NCBI GenBank assembly: GCA_020847535.1
Contig: JADLBU010000003.1
Coordinates: forward strand, 29,998 to 93,997
Direction of reading: 5' to 3'
Length of the DNA: 64,000 nucleotides
DNA from: Phycisphaerales bacterium
Lineage (GTDB): Bacteria > Planctomycetota > Phycisphaerae > Phycisphaerales > UBA1924
Position 1 is the first letter of the stretch, and each line of letters begins with the position of its first letter. The notes under the pieces were generated by a model, which was given only the letters and a program-made list of their open reading frames with translations, was not told where the DNA came from and did no database searches. Of the stretch, positions 32,389 to 40,280 are shown one piece after another. The position numbers and the translations under genes were made by a program.

Positions 32389-33762
32389 GTGGGACCACGG
32401 CGTTCACGACGGGGCGGACGGAACCAGGGAAGCAACTCTGGCGGCCAGTATTACCACGGCCCGAGAGCGGGCGGTGGTGGTGGTGGAGGTGGGGGTAGCG
32501 GTGGAAGTGGTGGCGGTGGTGGGGGTGGAGGCGGCGGCCGCGGTCATCGCGGTGGGTATGGAGGTGGGGGTGGAGGCGGTAGTGGAGGTGGTGGTGGCGG
32601 AGGTGGGGGAGGTGGGGGGCGATACAGGTCGAATGGGCAGCCTGGCGGGCATCGCCGGGGCGGTCCGTTCCGCAGCGGGGGATATGGTGGGGGCGGCGGG
32701 CATGGCGGAGGTCGTGGCGGGGACAGGGGCGGCGGATACGGTGGGCCGTTGCGGATCACCGAGCTCGAATCGCTGTCTTTGGATGGCCTGGCGCCGATCA
32801 AGCCGTTCGAGGAATTGACGAGCATCGATCCACAGCCACGGCTGACGCTCGAGTACCCGGGGTGCCCGGCCTCGTGCCGGCTGATCGATCTGTTCTGCCC
32901 GATCGGACGCGGCCAGCGCGGGTTGATCGTGAGCCCGCCCAAGGCGGGCAAGACGACGCTGCTCAAGGACATCGCCGGGTCGATCCTTCGGAATCACCCG
33001 GAGATGGAGGTCGTCGTCCTGCTGGTGGATGAGCGGCCCGAAGAGGTGACGGATTTCCGCAGGACGTTCGCGCCCAGGCCGGCGCGGGCGATGGCGGCGG
33101 GAGAGTCAGCGCTCAACGCGTTGCTCGAGGCCGCGGTCGATCCGGTGCAGCAGATGCCGTTCAACCCGGCGCGCGTACGGGTGATCGCCAGCAGCAACGA
33201 CCACGATGTCGACACCCACGTGCAGGTGGCGATGCAGACGATCGAGCGCTGCAAGCGGCTGGTCGAGTGCGGCAGGCACATCGTCGTGGTCCTGGATTCG
33301 CTGACGCGATTGGGGAGGGCGTTCAACAACAGCCGCAGGTTCGCCAGCAGCGGCAGGACTATGACGGGCGGGCTTGATTCGCGGGCGCTGGAGATTCCCA
33401 AGCAGCTCTTCGGGAGCGCTCGCAACACCGAGGAGGCGGGCTCCTTGACGATCATCGCCTCGTGCCTTGTCGATACCGGCAGCGCGGGGGACCAGGTGAT
33501 TTTCGAGGAGTTCAAGGGGACGGGGAACATGGAGCTGATTTTGGATCGGAAGATCAGCGATCAGCGGCTGTTCCCGGCGATCAACCTGGCGGCGAGCGGG
33601 ACGCGGAAAGAGAACCTCTTGATGAGCGATGCGGAGCTGAAGACGATGACAGCGCTGCGCCGGCGGCTGATGACAATGCATCCGCCGCAGCAGGTGGAGC
33701 AGCTCTTGGCGGCGCTAAAGAGGTTTCCGACGAACGCGGCGCTGGTAGGGAGTGTGGGGTAG
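32389..33762 (+). CDS. rho: Transcription termination factor Rho, atypical: Gly/Arg/Tyr-rich N-terminus in place of the OB-fold RNA-binding domain
   Basis: 457 aa, GTG start (GGAGG 11 nt upstream). The C-terminal about 335 aa is collinear with the E. coli Rho ATPase domain: CPIGRGQRGLIVSPPKAGKTTLL, VVLLVDERPEEVT, VVLDSLTRLGRAFN, GSLTIIASCLVDTGS..DQVIFEEFKGTGNMEL.L.R, FPAINLAASGTRKE. The first about 120 aa are (G)n/RGG/YGG only. Confidence 0.85.
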   Translation: MGPRRSRRGGRNQGSNSGGQYYHGPRAGGGGGGGGGSGGSGGGGGGGGGGRGHRGGYGGGGGGGSGGGGGGGGGGGGRYRSNGQPGGHRRGGPFRSGGYGGGGGHGGGRGGDRGGGYGGPLRITELESLSLDGLAPIKPFEELTSIDPQPRLTLEYPGCPASCRLIDLFCPIGRGQRGLIVSPPKAGKTTLLKDIAGSILRNHPEMEVVVLLVDERPEEVTDFRRTFAPRPARAMAAGESALNALLEAAVDPVQQMPFNPARVRVIASSNDHDVDTHVQVAMQTIERCKRLVECGRHIVVVLDSLTRLGRAFNNSRRFASSGRTMTGGLDSRALEIPKQLFGSARNTEEAGSLTIIASCLVDTGSAGDQVIFEEFKGTGNMELILDRKISDQRLFPAINLAASGTRKENLLMSDAELKTMTALRRRLMTMHPPQQVEQLLAALKRFPTNAALVGSVG

Positions 33763-33767
33763 GGTGA

Positions 33768-33809
33768 GGCCAAAGGGCAAATGGCAAAGGGCAAACAGGA
33801 CGGGGCAAG
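33768..33809 (+). repeat. 6 x 7-nt array (N)GGCAAA after the rho stop
   Basis: ggccaaa gggcaaa tggcaaa gggcaaa caggacg gggcaag; fills the gap between the rho TAG (33760-62) and GTG 33810. Confidence 0.85.
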
Positions 33810-34049
33810 GTGCGGAGTGTCGTTCAGGCGTTGAAAGAGGCATTTGCTCCTGAGCCCTTTGTTCCGTTCACGCTCAAGCTGGCGAGCGGGCAGGATGCTC
33901 ATTTCCCGCATTCTGAGGCGCTATTGGTTCCGCCTCATCTCCGCTCGGTCGCGTTGTGGGAGGATGGGGGCTTTCGTGCGATCGACCTTCTGTTGGTTGA
34001 GGAGCTTCGGCTCGGCCGGGAGCGCAAGCCGCAGCGGCGAGCGGGGTGA
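33810..34049 (+). CDS. Hypothetical small protein (79 aa)
   Basis: GTG start. Non-repetitive, balanced composition (VQALKEAFAPEPFVPFTLKLASGQDAHFPHSEALLVPPHLRSVALWEDGGFRAIDLLLVEEL). No recognisable family. Confidence 0.35.
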   Translation: MRSVVQALKEAFAPEPFVPFTLKLASGQDAHFPHSEALLVPPHLRSVALWEDGGFRAIDLLLVEELRLGRERKPQRRAG

Positions 34050-34287
34050 GGGCGGGGCGCCGTCGCAAGGCACGGGTGAGTGTGGGAATGATCGCCATCG
34101 ATGGGCCGGCACGCCGGGTCAGGTCGTGCATCCTGTAGGGCCTGTGTGTGCAGCGCAGATCCCCTTTTCCGCGCCCTGGGCAAAGTTGGACCTTCGGACG
34201 ACCGATAGCGCCCCATAGGGAAAGCTGCACCTTCCAGGCAGCCCGAGTTGCTCGCCTGCGCTGGAGGTTGTGCCGGGAGGCTGATTC

Positions 34288-34707
34288 ATGTCCGGGACCG
34301 CGACCCTTTCGACCGCCGACACCAACCCGATCAATCGCCGCCAGCACGAGCGCTTCACGGTGAGCCCGATGTACTGCCCGGTCTCGCTGCGGCCCATCAC
34401 CGAGGACCGGTTCAGCTACGAGGGCCACGCCTACGACGTCAGCGAGGGCGGGGTGATGTTCGAGATGGACCAGGGTTTCGAGCCGGGCACGGGTGTGGCG
34501 CTGCAGATCACGCTGCCGGGGGATCACCCCCACGAGCTGGATTCGGATCGCAGCATCTACGTCATGGGGAACGTGATCTGGATGGATGATTCGGAGCCGG
34601 GCCCCGTGCGGATGGCGATCGCGTTCACGCGGTTCGCAAGGTTCGGGGACCGGGAGCGCCTGCTCCGGGGTCTGAGCCGCGGGACGTTGATGCGGCGAGC
34701 GGCTTGA
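34288..34707 (+). CDS. PilZ domain protein (putative c-di-GMP receptor)
   Basis: 139 aa. RRQHERF (RxxxR) followed by DVSEGGVMF (D-x-S-x-x-G). GGGAGG lies 8 nt upstream of the ATG. Confidence 0.75.
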   Translation: MSGTATLSTADTNPINRRQHERFTVSPMYCPVSLRPITEDRFSYEGHAYDVSEGGVMFEMDQGFEPGTGVALQITLPGDHPHELDSDRSIYVMGNVIWMDDSEPGPVRMAIAFTRFARFGDRERLLRGLSRGTLMRRAA

Positions 34708-34822
34708 GAAAGCCTAAAGCAGCAACGCTCAGTGCAGCAAATGCAAGCCGGATGACAGCCGCCATCGATTTGGGCGGTGGTGTGTATTTGAGCTTTGCTG
34801 CTTTCTCCTCCTACCCTCCCCC

Positions 34823-35878
34823 GTGTTCGTAGACCAAGCAATCATCACGGTCCGCGCCGGCACCGGCGGGGGTGGTCGGGTTTCGTTCCGCCGCGAAAAG
34901 GGGGAGCCCAAGGGCGGCCCCAACGGCGGGGATGGCGGCAAGGGCGCCGATGTCGTCCTCCAGGCGGAAGATGGCATGCACACGCTGTATGACTTCCGCG
35001 GGGTGCCGCTGGTGGAAGCCCCGCACGGGGAGGATGGCGGCAAGAAGCAGTGCCACGGCGGGGATGCACCTGACATGGTGATCAAGCTTCCCGCCGGGAC
35101 GCTTATCTACAACGATGAGACCGGGGAGCTGATGGCGGACCTGAAGCCATCGGACCGCATCGTGATTGCCAAGGGCGGCAAGGGCGGTTGGGGCAACGAG
35201 CACTTCAAATCATCGACCAACCAGACGCCGCGGAGGGCGACCCCGGGGGCTGAGGGTGAGAGCTTTCGGCTGCGCTTTGAATTGAAGCTGATCGCCGATG
35301 TCGGGTTCGTCGGCCTGCCCAACGCGGGCAAGAGCACGCTGCTCGCCGCGCTGACGCGAGCAACGCCCAAGATCGCCGATTACCCGTTCACGACGCTGTC
35401 GCCGCAGCTTGGGATCTGCGAGCTCGATGCGATGCGACGAATCGTGATGGCGGACATCCCGGGGCTGATCGAGGGCGCTTCCAAGGGCGCGGGGCTTGGG
35501 CTGGATTTCCTGCGGCACATCGAGCGGACGCGCGTCTTGGTGCACCTGCTCGATGCCCAGCCGCCGGATGGATCGACGCCGGCGGAGAACTACCGCACGG
35601 TGCGACACGAGCTGACGCAGCACTCCGAGGAGCTTGGGAACAAGCCCGAGCTGATCGTGCTGAACAAGGTGGATCTGCTCGATCCGGATGAGGCGGGCAA
35701 GGTCGCCAAGAAGCTGGCGCGGGAGCTGGATGTGGATGCCAAGCAGGGGATGCTGGCGATCTCGGGGGCTGCGCACACGGGGCTCAAGCCGCTGCTGGAG
35801 CGGTTGTGGGTGATGCTGCATCCCAAGGGTGGGGGGGTGGAGAATTGGAAGGCGGTTGGTGGGGCGGCGGAGACGTGA
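34823..35878 (+). CDS. obg: GTPase Obg/CgtA
   Basis: 351 aa. MFVDQAIITVRAGTGGGGRVSFRREKGEPKGGPNGGDGGKGADVV (Obg fold), GLPNAGKSTLL (G1), DIPGLIEGA (G3), NKVD (G4). Confidence 0.95.
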   Translation: MFVDQAIITVRAGTGGGGRVSFRREKGEPKGGPNGGDGGKGADVVLQAEDGMHTLYDFRGVPLVEAPHGEDGGKKQCHGGDAPDMVIKLPAGTLIYNDETGELMADLKPSDRIVIAKGGKGGWGNEHFKSSTNQTPRRATPGAEGESFRLRFELKLIADVGFVGLPNAGKSTLLAALTRATPKIADYPFTTLSPQLGICELDAMRRIVMADIPGLIEGASKGAGLGLDFLRHIERTRVLVHLLDAQPPDGSTPAENYRTVRHELTQHSEELGNKPELIVLNKVDLLDPDEAGKVAKKLARELDVDAKQGMLAISGAAHTGLKPLLERLWVMLHPKGGGVENWKAVGGAAET

Positions 35879-35897
35879 TCGTGCGGCATGGCGCCGA

Positions 35898-36332
35898 TCA
35901 GCCGTCGAGCTCCGCTTCCACCTCATACTCATCCGGTAATCCGTAGTGCCGCTTGAGGACGATGTCGGCGGCGATCGCCAGCTCTTCGGGGGTGGCATCG
36001 CGCAGCTCGAAGAGGCCGACATCTTTGCGTACGGCGTGGTCGGCGAGCACGTTCATTCCTTCTTCGATGAGGAGCTGCGGGAGCGGGATGTCCTCCTGGA
36101 GGAGGTTGAGAACACGGCCGGAGATCTGGAGGTTGAATTCGCGCTTGGAGCCGTGCTCTTTGGCGCGGATGTCGATCCAGCCGGCGCTATCGGCGCTGGT
36201 TTCGTGATGCTTGACGATCGCGGCGATCAGGGCGGAGATGGGGTGCTTGTAGAGGTCTGAGGGGCTTTTGAAGATGATGCGCTCGGGGGCGAGTCCGCGG
36301 ATGGTTCGTTTGAGTCGGTTGATGAAATCCAT
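35898..36332 (-). CDS. Hypothetical protein (144 aa)
   Basis: ORF 35898..36635 trimmed to ATG 36332 (the upstream part overlaps tlyA and is Pro/Ser junk): MDFINRLKRTIRGLAPERIIFKSPSDLYKHPISALIAAIVKHHE..; balanced composition. Confidence 0.5.
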   Translation of the reverse strand: MDFINRLKRTIRGLAPERIIFKSPSDLYKHPISALIAAIVKHHETSADSAGWIDIRAKEHGSKREFNLQISGRVLNLLQEDIPLPQLLIEEGMNVLADHAVRKDVGLFELRDATPEELAIAADIVLKRHYGLPDEYEVEAELDG

Positions 36333-36351
36333 CGCGGAGATGGTATCGCGG

Positions 36352-37020
36352 TCAGCGCGGCGGCTGGGTGTCGATGGGAGAGAGCAGGGCGAGCCACTCC
36401 AGGTTTCCATCGGCTTTGCTGCCGCCTCGCAGCGGGGAGCGCGTGAAGCCGTCGATCGATACACCCATCGCGGGGAGTTGGGCGAGCACGTAGTCGGCGA
36501 TCTGCTCGGCGAGATCATCGGGGAGGATGCCTCGGGAGCCCTCGGCTTTGGCAGCGAACGGGGAGTGCTTGGCTTCGTAGTGCGGTTTGATGAGGGTGAG
36601 GATCGCGGGGGTCGGTGGGCCGGTGATGGGAGCACCGACTTGCTCAGAGCCGCAAGTCGGTGGCACGGGTTTGTGGATGGGTTTGAGCCACTTGAGCGCC
36701 ACGGGGATCAGCGACTTCTGCGGGGTCCAGCCGAGATCGACGACGACGAGGTCGACGGGCGCGGGGGGTTCGGTGTGCAGGGCGTTTGTGCGCTCCATCA
36801 CCACCACGCGAGGATCCTTGCGGAGTTTCCAGGCGAGCTCGCCGTAGGCGGTGTCGATCGCGTAGACCTTGGCAGCGCCGGCCTGGAGCAGGCAGTCGGT
36901 GAAGCCGCCGGTGCTGCAGCCCAGATCGGCGCAGGTCAGTCCCGTGACATCGACATTGAATTCATCGAGGGCGTGGCGGAGTTTGGCACCGCCGCGGCTG
37001 ACGTAAGGGCCGGTGCTCAT
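36352..37020 (-). CDS. tlyA: TlyA-family rRNA 2'-O-methyltransferase (FtsJ-like), no S4 domain
   Basis: 222 aa. YVSRGGAKLRHALDEFNVDVTGLTCADLGCSTGGFTDCLLQAGAAKVYAIDTAYGELAWKLRKDPRVVVMERTNA. Confidence 0.8.
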   Translation of the reverse strand: MSTGPYVSRGGAKLRHALDEFNVDVTGLTCADLGCSTGGFTDCLLQAGAAKVYAIDTAYGELAWKLRKDPRVVVMERTNALHTEPPAPVDLVVVDLGWTPQKSLIPVALKWLKPIHKPVPPTCGSEQVGAPITGPPTPAILTLIKPHYEAKHSPFAAKAEGSRGILPDDLAEQIADYVLAQLPAMGVSIDGFTRSPLRGGSKADGNLEWLALLSPIDTQPPR

Positions 37021-37050
37021 GCCAGACCCCTCCCCGAGGGAGGTGCCAGG
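37021..37050. repeat. C/G-tract palindromic element, related copy abutting the tlyA start
   Basis: gccagacccctccccgagggaggtgccagg, with CCTCCC / GGGAGG stem (37029-34 / 37038-43). Confidence 0.6.
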
Positions 37051-37156
37051 GATGGGTTGCGTGTGGCAACAGCAGCCGTGATGTGAAAACGGTTGCGTAC
37101 AGGCAGAGATGCTGACGTCAGGGATTCGTGAGATGAAGGCTTGGGGTGGATGAAGG

Positions 37157-37189
37157 GAACCCTCCCCAACCCCTCCCTCGGGGAGGGGC
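37157..37189. repeat. C/G-tract palindromic element, intergenic copy just downstream of the lpxI stop
   Basis: gaaccctccccaacccctccctcggggaggggc. Perfect 8-bp stem CCCCTCCC (37170-77) / GGGAGGGG (37181-88), loop TCG. Confidence 0.8.
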
Positions 37190-37192
37190 TCT

Positions 37193-38080
37193 TCAAGGCT
37201 GCGCGGTCGGGATGCCTACGACGGAGATCCCGACCTCATCGGCCAAGTCGAGAACCTTCTGCTTCTCGAGCATGATGACATCCCCGGCGGCGAGCGCCAG
37301 GCAGCCTCCGCCATTGGCGGCCATGTTCTCGATGGTCTTGGTGCCGATGGTGGGGACATCGGAGCGGCGATCGTGGCCGGCGCGGGCGCCCTTGCAGAGG
37401 GTCCAGCCCTTGGCTTTGCAGATGTGTCCGACGCGTTCGATCATGCGGTCGGTGCCTTCGACGGCCTCGACGGCGACCACATCGTGCTCCCGAACGACCA
37501 TCGCCTGTCCGATGTCCAAGCGGAGGATCTCGGTGAGCATGGGCCAGACGAACTCGACATCCCCCATCTGGGCGGGGGTGGGCCGGCGCTGGGTCATCAC
37601 GCCCGGGGTCGCGATCTCATCCGGGATCGAGGAGGTCGAATCCAGCAGGGCGACCCCGCAGCGGTCGAGCTCCTCGGCGATCGCCGAGAGGACGGCATGG
37701 GAGCGGTGGTCCTTGCGGAGGTGGCGATACCAGGCGACCACGGTTCGGATGTCGGGGATGTTGCGCACGAGCCTGAATGGATCGTGCATGATCTTGGCCT
37801 TGTCTACGCGACCGACCATGATTGCGTGGCGGACACCCATGCGGGCCAGGATGCGCCCCCAGGTGCCGACCTTGAGCACCCCGACTTCCCGGAATGAGGA
37901 GCAGAGGACGGGGAGTTCGGCTTCGTACTGGCGGAAGAGGCCCAGGGCGTGGACAGGGTGCCCGGCATCCCGCAGGCCGCGGGCGACCAGGACCGGGAGC
38001 TGCCCTCCCCCCGCGATCAGACCGACGGGGGTCGGCGGAGGTGGTGGATCGGGCAGGATCGTGAGTGCGGACGCAATCAT
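37193..38080 (-). CDS. lpxI: UDP-2,3-diacylglucosamine pyrophosphatase LpxI (DUF1009)
   Basis: 295 aa. GLIAGGGQLPVLVARGLRDAGHPV.., DIGQAMVVRE, VPTIGTKTIENMAANGGGCLALAAGDVIMLE..ADEVGISVVGI. Matches the LpxI two-domain pattern as I recall it. Confidence 0.7.
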   Translation of the reverse strand: MIASALTILPDPPPPPTPVGLIAGGGQLPVLVARGLRDAGHPVHALGLFRQYEAELPVLCSSFREVGVLKVGTWGRILARMGVRHAIMVGRVDKAKIMHDPFRLVRNIPDIRTVVAWYRHLRKDHRSHAVLSAIAEELDRCGVALLDSTSSIPDEIATPGVMTQRRPTPAQMGDVEFVWPMLTEILRLDIGQAMVVREHDVVAVEAVEGTDRMIERVGHICKAKGWTLCKGARAGHDRRSDVPTIGTKTIENMAANGGGCLALAAGDVIMLEKQKVLDLADEVGISVVGIPTAQP

Positions 38081-38365
38081 GTCAGCGTGTCAGACTCCCC
38101 CGGCAGCCGGAACTGGTCATTATCGGCGATTGTTCGAGCACAGGATCGCAGTTTTCGCACGTGGCTGCATTCCCTGGCGGGAACTAACACCCTCAAACCT
38201 TCCTCAGGCTTGCACTGATCCGACTCCCAACCCCTTTCACAGATCCCGGCGAGAACGCCCGAAACGTGAGAGTCGGAGTATACCCGGTTGAGCGGGTTCA
38301 TGGGCATCGATAGGGATTTGACCGGGGTGGGGTCCGGGCGTTTGGCAAGCCGATACAGAAGAACG

Positions 38366-38638
38366 ATGGCAAGCGACCAGGGCGATTCAGCAGGTTCTGA
38401 GCCCTTGAGCGGGCTGGATGTCACCGAAGGTGGGGGCGCTGGTCGCGGTTCGGGGGGCCGGCAGGGTGATCGCCCGTTTCTTCGGGTTTTCTTCCGGTGC
38501 GCCAACCAGTACCTGCGTGTCTATCGCACCGTGGATGGGACGGGCTACCGAGCGATCTGTCCGTTGTGCAGAAAGCGGATGAACTTCATCGTGGGGCCGG
38601 GTGGGACCAGCGAGCGGTTCTTCGAGGTGAGTTGTTGA
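38366..38638 (+). CDS. Hypothetical small Cys-containing protein (90 aa)
   Basis: ORF 38288..38638, ATG 38366 preferred. Disordered N-terminus, then FLRVFFRCANQYLRVYRTVDGTGYRAICPLCRKRMNFIVGPGGTSERFFEVSC (C..CPLC..C). Confidence 0.45.
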   Translation: MASDQGDSAGSEPLSGLDVTEGGGAGRGSGGRQGDRPFLRVFFRCANQYLRVYRTVDGTGYRAICPLCRKRMNFIVGPGGTSERFFEVSC

Positions 38639-38724
38639 ACTCTGGTGGGGGCGGGCGGGGTAGCGTAGAGCGGGGTGGTTGTTGGTAGTCCGGCGGGCCG
38701 ATCCATCATCTCTATAGTGGTCCC

Positions 38725-39321
38725 ATGCTCGCACCAGGCGCATCGGCGTACACCATTGCTCGGCCTACGGGTCAGTGTGCTTCCACGGGGAAGCCGATCC
38801 CGGTGGGTGAGCGGTTCACCGCGTGCCTGGTCGAGGTGGAGGGGGAGCAGGAGCTTCGCCGCATCGATTTCTGCCAGGAAGCCTGGGACCATGGCACCCG
38901 GCCCGTTGAGGGTCGCGTGTTCGCGGCGTGGTCGAGCACGATGGCCGAGCCCAACTCCAAGAAGCGGCCGCTCTTGGGTGATGATGAACTGGTGGATATC
39001 TTCGAGCAGCTTGGGACTGCCGTCGAGCATCGCCAGCAGGTGTTCAGGTACCTGCTGACACTGGCGCTCGTGCGTCGGCGCATGCTCAAGTACGAGGGGA
39101 TGAAGGGGTCGGTGATGATGGTTCGGCCGCGAACACCGGCGGGTTCGGAGCCGGCAGCGCTGGTGGAGGTGGTCGATCCGGGGATGGATGAGACGGCGAT
39201 CGGGGAGGCGATGGAGGAATTGGCGAAGGTGATCCCGCTGGATGAGCCGGCGGCGGGTAGTGGGGGTAGTGGGGGTAGTGGGGGTAGTGGGGGTAGTGGG
39301 GGTAGTGGGGGTCAGGCGTGA
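38725..39321 (+). CDS. Hypothetical protein with C-terminal (GSG)n tail
   Basis: 198 aa. Balanced globular sequence (..RQQVFRYLLTLALVRRRMLKYEG..) ending AAGSGGSGGSGGSGGSGGSGGQA, which is encoded by the 9-bp tandem repeat. Confidence 0.55.
   Translation: MLAPGASAYTIARPTGQCASTGKPIPVGERFTACLVEVEGEQELRRIDFCQEAWDHGTRPVEGRVFAAWSSTMAEPNSKKRPLLGDDELVDIFEQLGTAVEHRQQVFRYLLTLALVRRRMLKYEGMKGSVMMVRPRTPAGSEPAALVEVVDPGMDETAIGEAMEELAKVIPLDEPAAGSGGSGGSGGSGGSGGSGGQA
39255..39312 (+). repeat. Perfect 9-bp tandem repeat (GGGTAGTGG)6 plus a partial copy = (GGGGGTAGT)n
   Basis: Read directly: gggtagtgg x6 from 39255 to 39308, then gggt. In frame with CDS 38725..39321. Ends 6 nt before the GTG (39318) of the next gene. 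Confidence 0.95.
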
Positions 39322-40262
39322 ATCGGTATTTTGCGGCGATTGCGGGGATCGTGGCGGTCATCGTGTGCGCGGGGCTCATCGGCTGCGCGGATCAGAACAA
39401 GGTTGGCGAGGAGCCGGTCGATGTGGAGCCCGCGGGGCCCCCGCTTTCACCGGAGGCGATCGCATCGGCGTACAACCCATCGGTGGTGAAGGTCGATCGC
39501 CTGTGGGCGCGCACGGAGCTGCGCATCACCGGCACCGATGACAAGGGTGAGGCGTTCGATGAGACCGCCGAGGGGCACTTCCAGTTCATTCGCCCCCGAG
39601 GGCTGGCGCTGACGGTCAACAAGCTGGGTGAGACGTATTTCTGCCTGGGATCCAACGACACCCAGTACTGGTGGATGGACCTGCGCAAGCCGCGCAACGC
39701 GCTCTTGGGGGATCATGCCAAGGCCTCGCCGCGGATCGCCGCGCGCTTCGGGGTGCCGGTGCATCCGCTGGATCTGATCGACCTGATGGGCATCCTGCCG
39801 GTGCAGGCCAAAGGTTCGCGGACGGCCTGGTCGAAGGATGGCAGGCACATCGTGCTGTCGGGTCCGAGCCGGTGGGGTCGCAAGGAGATGTTGTTTTCCT
39901 CCGATGGACGCACGCTGATGGGCGTGCGGCTCTTGACAAGCCGCAACGAGCTGTTGTGCGAATCGGAGCTGGGGGAGACTTCGCCGGTCGAGTTCCGGGA
40001 AGCGCCGGATGCGACCGCGATCGTGCCCGTCCGCATCACGCTGCACATCCCATCGCGGGGGACGGAAGTGTCGATCCGTCTGTACGATCCGCAGAATCGC
40101 GGGGCCGCGATGAAGAAGACGGTGTTCGATCCGCAGGCGCTGCTCTCGGCGTACAACATCGAATCATCGCGCGTGCGGCTGATCGACCAGGAGCCATCCG
40201 CTACTCCGGCCCGCACCATCCCGCCCACCTCCCCCTCCGCCGCCACGCCTGACCGTGATTGA
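39318..40262 (+). CDS. Lipoprotein, unknown function
   Basis: 314 aa. MNRYFAAIAGIVAVIVCAGLIGCADQN (lipobox LIGC). GTGA overlap with the upstream stop. Confidence 0.6.
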   Translation: MNRYFAAIAGIVAVIVCAGLIGCADQNKVGEEPVDVEPAGPPLSPEAIASAYNPSVVKVDRLWARTELRITGTDDKGEAFDETAEGHFQFIRPRGLALTVNKLGETYFCLGSNDTQYWWMDLRKPRNALLGDHAKASPRIAARFGVPVHPLDLIDLMGILPVQAKGSRTAWSKDGRHIVLSGPSRWGRKEMLFSSDGRTLMGVRLLTSRNELLCESELGETSPVEFREAPDATAIVPVRITLHIPSRGTEVSIRLYDPQNRGAAMKKTVFDPQALLSAYNIESSRVRLIDQEPSATPARTIPPTSPSAATPDRD

Positions 40263-40280
40263 CCTTCGAAGCAGCTTTGC

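Noticed and set aside
32379-32498. 39-codon upstream ORF (MAESGTTAFTTGRTEPGKQLWRPVLPRPESGRWWWWRWG) overlapping the rho start
   Set aside because: Its ATG is only 1 nt from the GGAGG, and its product is dictated by the out-of-frame GGN repeat (the WWWW run). The in-frame GTG at 32389 has a workable 11-nt spacing. It is kept only as a possible regulatory uORF, not a gene.
37146-38291. 381-aa plus-strand ORF
   Set aside because: It is antisense to the LpxI gene, and its translation is Ser/Arg/Pro/Thr-rich without motifs.
39255-39312. Possibility that the 9-bp tandem repeat is a CRISPR array or a telomere-like repeat
   Set aside because: The units are contiguous with no spacers, are only 9 bp long and are in frame within a CDS. 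No cas genes are present in the window.
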